The notes under the pieces: generated by a model
What the model saw: only the letters and a program-made list of their open reading frames with translations
Told to the model about the DNA's origin: nothing
Databases searched by the model: none
Part shown: positions 52,009 to 64,000 of the stretch, piece by piece
How positions within the stretch are numbered: position 1 is the first letter of the stretch
Layout: every line of letters begins with the position of its first letter
Program-made: the position numbers and the translations under genes
From: Bryobacterales bacterium
Lineage (GTDB): Bacteria; Acidobacteriota; Terriglobia; Bryobacterales; UBA6623
Assembly: GCA_963422375.2 (NCBI GenBank)
Contig: OY729428.2
Span: 2,784,001 to 2,848,000, forward strand
Direction: 5' to 3'
DNA length: 64,000 bases

Positions 52009-52818
52009 ATGACTCAGCGGGAACGCGCCGCCCTGGCTGGAGAGATCGCGGCGGCGGTCCAGAGCGGCGAGGCGCCGCACTCCTGCAGCTGCGGCAGCGG
52101 GGGGGGGCCGCCGGTCGTCCCGGAGGCGCCTTGGAACGGCCTGGCCGGGCGGCTCGACCTGTGCCTGACAGGCCCCGGCACCGCCAGGCCCGAGGTTGAG
52201 GAGTTCCTGGCCGCGGCCCGCTCGGCACGCGTTCGATCCGCTTGCGTCCCTCCGCGCTGGCTCGCTCTCGCGGTCCGGGCGCTGCAGGACCGGCCCACCA
52301 AGGTAGCCTCGCTCGTCGGGTATCCCAGCGGCACCTCGCTCACGCCGGCAAAGTGCTCCGAGGCCGAATGCCTGCTTCGGATGGGAGCCGACGAGCTGTG
52401 GATGGTAGCCGACATCGGCGGTCTCCGGTCCGGGGATCTCGACTCGGCGTACATCGACATCAAGGCGGTCGCGGACGTGGCCGCCTGCCGCGCCGTCCCG
52501 GTGAACGTCGTTCTCGAGCTACCGCTGCTGCGCGGCCGGCAGAGGGTCGAAGCCTGCGTCGTGGCCAAGCTTGCCGGAGCTGCCGCCGTGGTATCGGCCA
52601 CGGGCTGCGGCGGCTCGCTCGCCGACGCCTCGCACGTCGAGCTGATGCGTCGCACGGTAGGAGGCGACCTGGACATCGTGGCGGCGGGCGGGATTCGCAC
52701 CGCGGCCGCAGCGAATCGCATGCTCGCCGCCGGAGCGACGCGCGTCGGAGCGAGCCACCAAGCGGCGCGGCGGGCCCCTAGCGAGGCGGGAAGGGCCCCG
52801 ACAACGGTGATAAGCTGA
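52009..52818 (+). CDS. DeoC-like TIM-barrel protein lacking canonical catalytic residues
   Basis: CVPP, VGYPSG, GADE, VVLE, GA..V..TG, AAGGIR, GATRVGAS match DeoC; DELWMV, VSATG, IVAAGG replace the catalytic D/K/K motifs. Confidence 0.75.
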   Translation: MTQRERAALAGEIAAAVQSGEAPHSCSCGSGGGPPVVPEAPWNGLAGRLDLCLTGPGTARPEVEEFLAAARSARVRSACVPPRWLALAVRALQDRPTKVASLVGYPSGTSLTPAKCSEAECLLRMGADELWMVADIGGLRSGDLDSAYIDIKAVADVAACRAVPVNVVLELPLLRGRQRVEACVVAKLAGAAAVVSATGCGGSLADASHVELMRRTVGGDLDIVAAGGIRTAAAANRMLAAGATRVGASHQAARRAPSEAGRAPTTVIS

Positions 52819-52974
52819 GGGAGAGTCGGCGATTCTTGCGCACCGCAGGCCACCCCAGCCCGATGTCGACAGCCCCCGCGGGGCAGGCAGGCGTCGTTCG
52901 AAGGCGGCGGTTCCCCGCCCTCCCGCCAAGCGACGGGCCGAAGAACCGAGCAATTCCGGATCCACGGTGCGAAC

Positions 52975-54735
52975 ATGGCCGGCCAAGACCCGCTCAGTGC
53001 AACCGCCCCCGCGGTGGATGACCAAGCCGCCAAGATCGAGATCCTGCTAGAGGCGTCCGAGGCGGCCGCATCCCATACGCTCGACTTCGCCGCGCTCATG
53101 GACGCGCTGGCGAAGCTGGTCCGCAAGATCGTCGACTACGAAATGTACTCGGTCCTCGTGCCGGCCGAGAACGGGGCGCTCCGGATCGCCCATTCGGACG
53201 GATACCCGGACGACCTGGTGCGCAGCCTCCGCATCCCCGTAGGAGAGGGCCTCACGGGCAAGGCCGCGAGCTCGCTCGCCACCGTGCGCAGCGACGACGT
53301 GCGCAGGGATCCCTGCTACCTGGGAGCCGTCGAGTCCGTGCGCAGCGAGCTGTCCGTACCCTTGGTCGCGCGCGGCCGGCTGGTCGCCGTGCTCGACCTG
53401 CAGTCGGCCTGCCCGAACGCCTTCGACGCGAGGGTGTCGGACCTCCTGGAGCTGGTGGCGTCGCGCTTCTCGCTGGCGATCGACGTCGCGCAGCTCTACC
53501 GGACGCTCCAAAGGCAGAACTCGATCCTGAGCACGCTGCGACGGATCGCCCAGGAGTTCTCGCATATCCTGCGTCTCGGGGATCTGCTCCAGGAGATCTC
53601 GACGGTAGTGCGCACGCTGATCCGCTACGACGTGCTGGCGATCTACCTCAAGGACCCGCAGCTGCCCGTTCTGCGGCATTACTTCGGCGTGAAGTTCGAG
53701 GAGCGGGTTCGCTGGACGGACATCGAGGTCGGCCGGGGCCTGGTGGGAACCGCCGCCGCGACACGCGAGGCGGTCCTGGTGGATGACACGAGCCTGGATC
53801 CGCGCTATATCGCCTCGACACCGGAAATCCGCTCGGAAGTCGCGGTCCCACTGATCCTGAAAAACGAGCTGGTCGGCGTGCTCGACCTGGAGTCTGCCCG
53901 CAAGTCCGGCTTCAGCCGGCAGGACGCCGACACGCTGCTCCTGCTGGCCCCGCAGATCGCGGCCGCGGTCGAGAACGCCCGCCTCTACGAGGAGGTGTCC
54001 CGTAGCGAGGCCCGGCTCGAACAGGATCTCGCAGCGGCTCGCGCCCTCCAGAGGCACATGCTGCCGCACGGGATTCTCAGCGCCCCGGGCACCGAGATCG
54101 CCGCGCGAAACGCACCGGTGGCGGTGGTTTCCGGGGATTTCTACGACTATTACGACCGCGGGCACTTGATCGGGATCCTCAACGGCGACGTCAGCGGCAA
54201 GGGAGCGGCGGCGGCCCTGTACGCCGCTCTGGCGAGCGGTCTGCTCCGCACGGCGGCGCGCTCGGGGCTCACGCCCGCCGAGACGTTCGCGCAGGTCAAC
54301 GACTCCCTCCTCGACCGGAAGATCGAGGCCCGCTTCCTAGCCGCCCATCTCTTCCAGTGGACGCCTTCGACGCGCCGACTGGTGCTGGCCGGAGCCGGCA
54401 TGCCCTTTCCCCACCTCTGCCGCAACGGCCGGGTGCGGGAGATCCGCCTGGAGGGCCTGCCTTTAGGCCTGTTCCGGTCCGCGCAGTACGACGAGGTGTC
54501 GCTGGAGCTGCAACCGGGAGACTTCGTGGTGTCCGTGTCCGACGGCATCGGCGAAAGCGCGAATCACGGCAACGAACCGTACGGCGACGAGCGTCTCCGG
54601 CGGGTCCTCGAAGCCTGTCGCGACGCATCCGCCGCGGCGATCCTGGAGCGCGTTTTCGACGATCTCGAGCGGTTCTCCGCGGGCTGCGCGCAAGTCGACG
54701 ACCGGACGGCCGTCGTCCTGCGCGTCACGCCGTGA
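52975..54735 (+). CDS. GAF-GAF-SpoIIE (RsbU-like) phosphatase
   Basis: Two GAF repeats (G.GL.G.AA, RSE..VPL, VLDL.S); SGDFYD, GDVSGKG, SDGI.E, DDRT. Confidence 0.92.
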   Translation: MAGQDPLSATAPAVDDQAAKIEILLEASEAAASHTLDFAALMDALAKLVRKIVDYEMYSVLVPAENGALRIAHSDGYPDDLVRSLRIPVGEGLTGKAASSLATVRSDDVRRDPCYLGAVESVRSELSVPLVARGRLVAVLDLQSACPNAFDARVSDLLELVASRFSLAIDVAQLYRTLQRQNSILSTLRRIAQEFSHILRLGDLLQEISTVVRTLIRYDVLAIYLKDPQLPVLRHYFGVKFEERVRWTDIEVGRGLVGTAAATREAVLVDDTSLDPRYIASTPEIRSEVAVPLILKNELVGVLDLESARKSGFSRQDADTLLLLAPQIAAAVENARLYEEVSRSEARLEQDLAAARALQRHMLPHGILSAPGTEIAARNAPVAVVSGDFYDYYDRGHLIGILNGDVSGKGAAAALYAALASGLLRTAARSGLTPAETFAQVNDSLLDRKIEARFLAAHLFQWTPSTRRLVLAGAGMPFPHLCRNGRVREIRLEGLPLGLFRSAQYDEVSLELQPGDFVVSVSDGIGESANHGNEPYGDERLRRVLEACRDASAAAILERVFDDLERFSAGCAQVDDRTAVVLRVTP

Positions 54736-54757
54736 TCCGAGAGCGGAACGCAAGTCC

Positions 54758-56032
54758 ATGCCACTCCAAGGATTCCGCTACGTCGAAGGCGCGCTGCTCT
54801 GCGAGAGCGTCGCCCTGAGCGACATCGCCTCGTTCGCCGGCACTCCCACCTACGTCTATTCCGCGCAGGCAATCCGAGAGAATTTCCGCCGCTATAAGGA
54901 ATCGCTGGCGAGCGTCCCGCACGAGATCCACTACGCGGTGAAGGCCAACTCGTCCCTAGCCGTGCTGGCCCTGCTGGCATCGGAGGGCGCCGGCTTCGAC
55001 ATCGTTTCCGGCGGGGAGCTGTACCGCGCGCTCCGTGCCGGCGGGGACCCGGCCAAGGTGGTCTACTCGGGCGTCGGCAAGACGGAAGCCGAGCTGCGCT
55101 ACGCGCTGCAGTGCCGCATCGGGGCGTTCCACTGCGAGTCGGCCCAGGAGCTGGACCTCCTGCGGGGCATCTGCCAGGCGACCGGGGCTTCGCCCGCGGT
55201 GGCCCTGCGCGTCAATCCCAATATCGACGCCATGACCCATCCGTACATCGCGACGGGCCTGAGCGAGCACAAGTTCGGCATCGCGATCGAGGAAGCGGAG
55301 TCGCTCTACCGGGACGCGCAGCGCTGGGCTCCGCTGCGCTTCACCAGCCTGAGCTGCCACATCGGCTCGCAGATCTTCGACATCGGCGTCTTCCGGGAAA
55401 CGGTTCGCCAGATGCTCGCGCTCGCCGCCCGCTTGCGCGACGCGGGAACCGCGATCCGCTCGATCGACCTGGGAGGGGGGCTGGCCGTCGGATACCTGGC
55501 CGACCAAGCCAGCGTGTCGATCCGGTCCTACGGGGAGATGCTCAGCGAAGCGCTGGGCGGCACGGGCTTTCGTCTCGGTCTCGAGCCGGGACGGTCGATC
55601 GTGGGGCAGGCCGGAGTGCTGCTGACCAAGGTGCTGTTCCGCAAGCCGACCGGGAGCAAGACGTTTCTGGTCGTGGACGGGGCGATGAACGATCTGATCC
55701 GTCCGGCGCTCTACAGCGCGCACCACGAGACGCTTCCGGTGCGCCGGACCGCCGGGCCCGCAACGAAGTGTGACGTCGTCGGGCCCATCTGCGAGAGCGG
55801 CGACTTCCTGGCGAGCGGGCGGGATCTGCCTCCGTGCGAGCAGGGCGACCTGCTGGCGGTCGCGACGGCGGGAGCCTACGGCTTCGTGCAATCGTCCAAC
55901 TACAACTCCCGCCCGCGCGCGGCGGAAGTGCTCGTGGACGGGCAGAGCTTCCGCGTCGCGCGGAGGCGCGAGACCTACGAGGACCTGGTGCGAGGCGAGA
56001 CAGCGGAGCGCGTCATTCCCGCGCGCCGTTGA
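54758..56032 (+). CDS. lysA: Diaminopimelate decarboxylase
   Basis: TPTYVYS, YAVKANS, HIGSQI, DLGGG, EPGR, GPICESGD, AGAYG, NYNSRPR. Confidence 0.96.
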   Translation: MPLQGFRYVEGALLCESVALSDIASFAGTPTYVYSAQAIRENFRRYKESLASVPHEIHYAVKANSSLAVLALLASEGAGFDIVSGGELYRALRAGGDPAKVVYSGVGKTEAELRYALQCRIGAFHCESAQELDLLRGICQATGASPAVALRVNPNIDAMTHPYIATGLSEHKFGIAIEEAESLYRDAQRWAPLRFTSLSCHIGSQIFDIGVFRETVRQMLALAARLRDAGTAIRSIDLGGGLAVGYLADQASVSIRSYGEMLSEALGGTGFRLGLEPGRSIVGQAGVLLTKVLFRKPTGSKTFLVVDGAMNDLIRPALYSAHHETLPVRRTAGPATKCDVVGPICESGDFLASGRDLPPCEQGDLLAVATAGAYGFVQSSNYNSRPRAAEVLVDGQSFRVARRRETYEDLVRGETAERVIPARR

Positions 56033-56092
56033 TCCGGACTCCTCCAGCCCGCTCGACTTCCCGGCGGCGGTCTCCGAGTGCAGCTCGCGGCG

Positions 56093-59221
<3,129 letters not shown>

Positions 59222-59237
59222 CCGCGTCTCCCGCCGG

Positions 59238-60482
59238 CTAGTCGTACTCCCCGGCGAGGAACCACTCGCCCGTGGTTCTCTCGCAGCAGGCCCGGTACAG
59301 GCGCCGCTGGACCTCGACGTCCCATTCCTGGTACTGCCAGCCTTCCGGCGTCCACCACTCGCCCGAGACACGCCAGGGCCCGGCGCAGGCCGTCACGGGC
59401 CCGCGAGCCTCCCGCGCCTCGACACGGACGGGACGGCCGCCGCGCAGGGTCACCTCCGCTGGGCTCGACGGCCGGAAGCAGCGGAAGGCCAAGGAGCTCC
59501 TCGGAGGGACGGCCACCCGGAGAGAGCGCGGCTGCCGGCGTTCCCGCGAGAGTCCGGGCGAGCCCGGCGCAAGGCCGGTCCCGCACCCTGCCGCGGGCGG
59601 GCGGAACGCCGCCAGCGCCGCCGCGCCGGGCCGGTGCGTGTCCGGAACCACCGGCGCCCCGGCCCGCCCGTCCCCGACCAAGCAGGCCAGCCGCGCCAGC
59701 GTCACCGCCAGGGTCTCCGGATCCGGCAGGTCGGGCGGCGCGAACAGGGACGCCTGCACCCGCCGGCGCTCGGCTGGCTCGGCCGACACGCGCACGCCCT
59801 CGACCGAGCCGCCCGGGGGATGCGCTTACAGGTCGACCATCCGCCCGCGCGGCAAGGTCGCCAGATCGCCGATCTTGCGCACGCCCCAGCGCTCCAAGGT
59901 CGCTCGGTCCTTGCCGTCCAAGGGCAGCAAGTCGAGGGGCAGATCCTGCAGGAAGCCGGGCTCCTGCCCCGGGTACACGTGGGTCACGCCCGGCTGCGTG
60001 CGCGCCGCGCACAGGGCGACGAAGCGGTTGCAGGCGACGCCGACACTAGCGCGGAGTCCGAGCCGGGCGGCGCCCGCGACCAGGCCCGCGGCCGCGGCGT
60101 AGGGATCGTGCAAGCCCGCGAAGTCCAGCGCGAGCAGGCCGGGCGCGACCTCCTCGAATAGCGGCGTCGCCGTCTCGGCCAGCTTCAGCAGCCGGGCATG
60201 GGCCCTCCGCTCCGCCCCGACGTCGCGGTCGAGAACCAGCAGCGGCCGCTGCGCCCCGGCAACGGAATAGCGCGCCTGCGCAGCAGCCAGAACCATGCCC
60301 TCGCGCACTCCTAGCGACCTAACGCGCGCGTCGGCGGCGTAGACGAACCGGTTGGGCGGCTCGCCGCAAGCGACCGTCGTCGGCTGCGGCCGGCGCTCTC
60401 CCGCCTGCAGCACGGCGACGGGGAAGTCGGGCACGTGCAGCGCGGCGTACAGGCGGGCGGCACCGGAGGGCCGCGCTGTCAT
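59238..60482 (-). pseudogene. imuB: ImuB (inactive Y-family polymerase) pseudogene
   Basis: ATG overlaps the imuA stop; Y-family N-part and ImuB C-part (DTHRP, GPWRVSGEWW, G.YD) are in one frame separated by TAA at 59826-59828; the middle looks deleted. Confidence 0.78.
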
Positions 60483-61201
60483 CTCGCTCTCCCCGGACGC
60501 AGGCCGCGCACTCTGTCCCGGACGATTTCCGCGCGAATGCCGATGCCTCCCAGCAGGCCGTCCCACTCGGTCCGCTCGCGGCGCAGCTCCAGCACCACGT
60601 CCGCAACGCTGCCGGCCACGTGCTTGGCGGCCAGCACGACCAGTGCCGCGGGCGTACCTTCCACGGCCTGCCTGAGCCGCGTCCACGTCCGCCGCTGCCA
60701 GTCGCCGAGCTGGCGGTCGGAAAGCCCTCCGAGGTCGACCGCGATCAAGCCGAAGCCGCCTGCCGAGACGACCAGGTTCGTCGCGGACCAAGCCTCGTCC
60801 GCAGGCGAGAGGCTCCGCGCTCCCGGGTCGCGACGGAGAGTCCCCGGATCGCCGCAGCGGACCCACAGCAGCCGCTCCAGCAGCACCCCGGCCTGCTCCG
60901 CCGAGCGGGGATCCAAGCAGTCGGTCGCGTCGACGTACGCGGCGATCTCGCTCGCTCGGGTCAGCCGGGCGAGAGCGGCCAGGACCAAGCCCGTGCGACC
61001 GGACGAGCACGGCCCGGTGACTTCGCTGATCGCGCCGCGGGGGAGACCGCCGCCGAGCCGGGCGTCCACGCTCTCGATCCCGCTCGGCACGGGGGGATGA
61101 CGGGGCTTGGCCCGTCCGGGAAGGGTCCGGCCGAACCCGCGCTTCCGGACCAGCTCCTCAATCACTCCGATGCTCTTGGGCAATGCGGCGGGACAAGACA
61201 T
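60479..61201 (-). CDS. imuA: ImuA / RecA-like protein
   Basis: PSGI..VD..LGGGLPRGAISEVTG..SSGRT, AYVD, RLLWVRC, GGFGLIAVDL; first gene of imuA-imuB-dnaE2. Confidence 0.85.
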   Translation of the reverse strand: MSCPAALPKSIGVIEELVRKRGFGRTLPGRAKPRHPPVPSGIESVDARLGGGLPRGAISEVTGPCSSGRTGLVLAALARLTRASEIAAYVDATDCLDPRSAEQAGVLLERLLWVRCGDPGTLRRDPGARSLSPADEAWSATNLVVSAGGFGLIAVDLGGLSDRQLGDWQRRTWTRLRQAVEGTPAALVVLAAKHVAGSVADVVLELRRERTEWDGLLGGIGIRAEIVRDRVRGLRPGRAR

Positions 61202-61204
61202 ATA

Positions 61205-61240
61205 TTTGTATTTTCTTCGATTTTATATCATATTATAGCT
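61205..61240 (-). promoter_or_regulatory. AT-rich promoter region of the imuABC operon
   Basis: TATAAT on the minus strand (61232-61237) in an AT-rich patch just upstream of the imuA ATG; no LexA box could be called. Confidence 0.45.
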
Positions 61241-61254
61241 CACTCTTGCGGGCA

Positions 61255-61520
61255 GGTTGTGCGCTGCGCACCGAGACCACCGTCAACGACACTCACGACT
61301 TCGGCATCGACCGGAGGCTGGGCACCCTAGACAGCATCGCGCCGATCAGCTGCGCAGTCGGCCGGGACCGACGGCCAGCGCGCGCCCTGCGCTTCGGGGA
61401 CGCCCGCGTGCTGCGCCCGGACCTGTCGGCGGCCTTCGCGGCCTGCCTCCACTCGGCACCCCTGCGCAAGGCCCTCGCACTCTTCGACCGCGAGACGAGC
61501 AGCTTCGGGAGGGCCAGTCG
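61255..61520 (+). pseudogene. Heavily deleted remnant of an unclassified transposase-like gene
   Basis: ALRTETTVNDTHDFGIDRRL..., ALRFGDARV, LRPDLSAAF resemble spaced motifs of a repeated putative transposase family (recollection only). Confidence 0.4.
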
Positions 61521-62010
61521 ATCGCCGCGTGGAACTCCGGTGTCAACGTTCCGCATCGACAAGCAATCTAGGTGCAGGAATACCGAGAAGCGGAAACGCG
61601 GGAGTCTTCACGCGACGCCTAGCTGGGCGCAAGCGTCTCGGAGAGGGATGCTGTCGCGATGGCGAGCTGGCAAGCTTTCGATGTCAGGCACAGCGCCAGC
61701 GCGGGGACCCTGTATTACTGGCTGTGTACAAGCTGGGCTAACCGAGAGCGGCTGCGGGAACCATCGCCTACCGCACAATTCCGACAAGCCCCGTGCGCGC
61801 TACCCGGGCACGGGGGCAGTGCCCCCGCCTGATCGAATCCAGTCGCCACGGCGGTCGCGCCTGCAACGGCCTTCGAGCCCGGGCAGGCCTACCAGACGTC
61901 GCAGGCGCTATGGGTTGTTTGTCCGGCCGCCTGCCGGAGCGGGATGAACCGCTTGGACACGGCGATGGCACGCGGGCGAGGTCCTTGAACCGCGCCCTCT
62001 GGCGCCGTCG

Positions 62011-62136
62011 TGTGCTCAGCACGCGGAAGCCCAGGTTGCTGTTGCGGTTGCCGGGGCTGTTCCTGTTGCGGTTCGCCGACCGGCCGTTCTGCGGATGGTT
62101 GTTCCAGCTGCCGCCCCGATTGACCCGGTTGGAGCC
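62011..62136 (-). ncRNA. DGR template repeat (TR) including IMH*
   Basis: Begins about 11 nt after the RT stop; 11 AAY codons in the CLec frame (GSNRVNRGGSWNNHPQNGRSANRNRNSPGNRNSNLGFRVL); matches VR1. Confidence 0.95.
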
Positions 62137-62147
62137 TGCTACGGCGG

Positions 62148-63161
62148 TCACCCCAGATGCAAGGATACCTCGAACACCTGCCTGCGCGCCATGTGGCAGT
62201 CTGCGTGACTGACGTGCGCGACCATGCTACGCACGAACTGCGCGAGCTCGTCCTCGGAGATCTTTCCGTGTCGGTATGCCCTCTCCCGGCCTCGGACGCG
62301 ACGGCGCAACCGCGCCCATTGGCGGCCATCGAGCCTCAGCAAGACGGGAAAGACGCGGAAGCCGAGGAATGGAATCCCTTGGGTCACGGGAGCGAGCCTA
62401 GTGTGTTCCTCCCGCAGATCTAGTCGCAGCGTCTCCGACAGGAATTCCCGGACGGCAGCCAGAGCCTCGTGCAGCCGAGGCTTATCACGAGCGAAGACCG
62501 CGACATCGTCCATGTAGCGCACGTAGCCCGGCAGGCGCAGCCTGTCCTTGACGAAATGGTCCAACTCGCCCAGATACATGTTCGCGAAGTACTGGCTCGT
62601 GAGATTCCCGATGGGGACACCCTTCCCCGGCGCACATCCTGGAATCGGATGGTCGACTATCCCGTCGATGAGCGCTAGCAACGCCTTGTCCTTGACCTTG
62701 CGCCTCCACATCGCCTTGAGCACGTCGTGGTCAATCGTCTCGAAGTACTGGCGGACGTCGCAGAGTAGCGCGTAGGGGAATCGCCGCGCAAAGTGCTGCA
62801 CTCGACGCACGGCCGCGTGAGTGCCGCGGCTCCTTCGGCACGCACAACTGTCGTCGATCAGACCCTGCTCGACGATCGGATCGAGAACGTTGCAGAGAGA
62901 GTGGTGAACCACCCTGTCGCGGAAGTCCGCCGCGCAGATCTTGCGGGGCTTCGGCTCGCGGATCTCGAACACACGATACGGACGCATCCGGTAGCGGCCG
63001 GACTGCAGATCCTCCTGCAGCATGAGCAAGTTGGACTCCAAGTGGAACACGAACCTAGCAATGCCGACGTTCCCCTGCTTTCCCCGCCGTGCGGCATAAG
63101 CGGCATCCAGCAGGCTCCGATACTCGGTGACCTGCTCGAACAGGTGCCCGTGTCGTTTCAT
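62148..63161 (-). CDS. DGR reverse transcriptase
   Basis: EPKPRKI, FRDRVVHH, D+RQYFETIDH, GVPIGNLTSQ, YVRYMDD, FLGF; intact 337 aa with no maturase/endonuclease tail. Confidence 0.96.
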   Translation of the reverse strand: MKRHGHLFEQVTEYRSLLDAAYAARRGKQGNVGIARFVFHLESNLLMLQEDLQSGRYRMRPYRVFEIREPKPRKICAADFRDRVVHHSLCNVLDPIVEQGLIDDSCACRRSRGTHAAVRRVQHFARRFPYALLCDVRQYFETIDHDVLKAMWRRKVKDKALLALIDGIVDHPIPGCAPGKGVPIGNLTSQYFANMYLGELDHFVKDRLRLPGYVRYMDDVAVFARDKPRLHEALAAVREFLSETLRLDLREEHTRLAPVTQGIPFLGFRVFPVLLRLDGRQWARLRRRVRGRERAYRHGKISEDELAQFVRSMVAHVSHADCHMARRQVFEVSLHLG

Positions 63162-63511
63162 CGGCCCGCCTGCTGCTTGCGCCAGCCTCCGAGCATAGCG
63201 CCAACCTCGCTCATGCGGCGCATGGCGTACTCGCAGCGCGAGTGCGGGAAGTAGCCCACCACATGGCAGATCCGCAGCAAGATTCTCAGCTTCTCGAGAC
63301 GCAGGTTAGCACGCGCCAAGACCGGCTGCTTGGCGCGGGAATACCGCGCCTCGACCAAGTCCTCGGCCATATCGAGGGCTAGGTTGTCGATGCGGTTGGA
63401 AAAAGTGAAACGGACATGCTTAGGGAGCTTGGCGGTCGTCGGCAGCAACCAGTTCAGGAAATCCAGCCACGCAACGAAGACAGGCAGGTCCCCGTCTGAC
63501 CTCGTGCCCAT
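63158..63511 (-). CDS. avd: DGR accessory variability determinant
   Basis: 117 aa basic helical protein: LPKHVRFTF.NRI, LEKLRILLRI, EVGAMLGGW; ATGA overlap with RT. Confidence 0.92.
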   Translation of the reverse strand: MGTRSDGDLPVFVAWLDFLNWLLPTTAKLPKHVRFTFSNRIDNLALDMAEDLVEARYSRAKQPVLARANLRLEKLRILLRICHVVGYFPHSRCEYAMRRMSEVGAMLGGWRKQQAGR

Positions 63512-63644
63512 GGAACTAGGCCCCTTCCAAGAGGGGCGGTTTGGCCGGAGGAGCGGCCGGGCCGGTCATGTCCCGCTTGCCCTTGCTCGCGTTGCTACCG
63601 CTAGCGGACCGTAACCCAGAACTGGGGGGCATCGACAGCAGTTC

Positions 63645-64000
63645 CTACCCGTATTTTTCCAGCTTGGCCTTTCCGATGCCCTCGATCTCGCCCAGCTTGC
63701 CTAGGCTGCGCGGCCTAGCTTTGATCATCGCTACGAGCTGCTTGTTCGTGCAGATTAGGTAAGGCGGCACGCCATCTCTCTTGCTACGCTCCGCTCGCCA
63801 GTCGCGCAGCGCGTTGAAGAGCGGCATATCCGCGTCCTTTAGGTCGACCTGCCTCCCGTCGCTCGGGTCGCGAGCGCCTCGCCCGGGGGGAGGGGGGCTC
63901 CATCGCGTAGGTCACGACCGCCGCTAGATACGGAATGTCTTCGCGCATGAAGAAATGGTCGCGAATCGAAAGCACGTGCTTCCCCTTCAGGAAGTCGCAC
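63645..64000 (-). pseudogene. HRDC-domain accessory gene, frameshifted and prematurely stopped, 5' truncated by window edge
   Basis: LFNALRDWRAERSKRDGVPPYLICTNKQL..IEGIGKAKLEKYG*ELL; the upstream part is in a different frame (shift around 63850-63900). Confidence 0.8.

Larger units (their letters stand above)
61800..64000 (-). mobile_element. Diversity-generating retroelement core cassette (HRDC-avd-RT-TR), continues past window end
   Basis: Avd, DGR-type RT, AAC-rich TR and an adenine-mismatched VR. Confidence 0.95.

Noticed and set aside
61205..61230. Possible LexA/SOS box upstream of imuA
   Set aside because: No clear palindrome or direct repeat matching a box I can name.
61768..62151. 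127-aa Asn-rich ORF
   Set aside because: It is the conceptual translation of the DGR template repeat and spacer, which act as RNA.
62148..63161. RT as group II intron, retron or CRISPR-associated RT
   Set aside because: No maturase/endonuclease extension or Cas genes; adjacent avd, GNLTSQ motif and TR/VR pair indicate a DGR.

Overview
GC-rich bacterial chromosomal window, probably from an Acidobacteriota genome (inferred from gene content: acidobacterial VWA protein, DUF1501/DUF1549-DUF1553, TonB-C fusions). Housekeeping blocks (rnpB, hemH, pncA, galU-like, uppS-cdsA, dnaB, msrA, lysA, LPS heptosyltransferase, imuA-imuB-dnaE2) alternate with accessory islands. The main result is a diversity-generating retroelement (DGR) at the right end on the minus strand: decayed HRDC gene, avd, RT, then TR. 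Its template repeat (62021-62136) matches the 3' end of a Ser/Thr kinase-TM-CLec(FGE-sulfatase) gene about 27.5 kb away (34456-34571). By hand alignment, 17 of 28 TR adenines are substituted there, versus 1 of 88 other positions. Two neighbouring paralogues (kinase-CLec and signal peptide-caspase-CLec) carry more eroded VR-like ends. A relic of the HRDC gene behind the matched target suggests that locus arose by duplicating part of the cassette and predicts a further target just beyond 64000. Also present: an FHA/PP2C/ExbB operon with a kinase-TonB fusion, three IS elements with resolvable TIRs and target duplications (one splits a ~900-aa zincin-like gene), a DeoC homologue lacking its catalytic residues, and a disrupted imuB. 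All alignments and counts were done by eye; family assignments come from motif recognition, not database searches.
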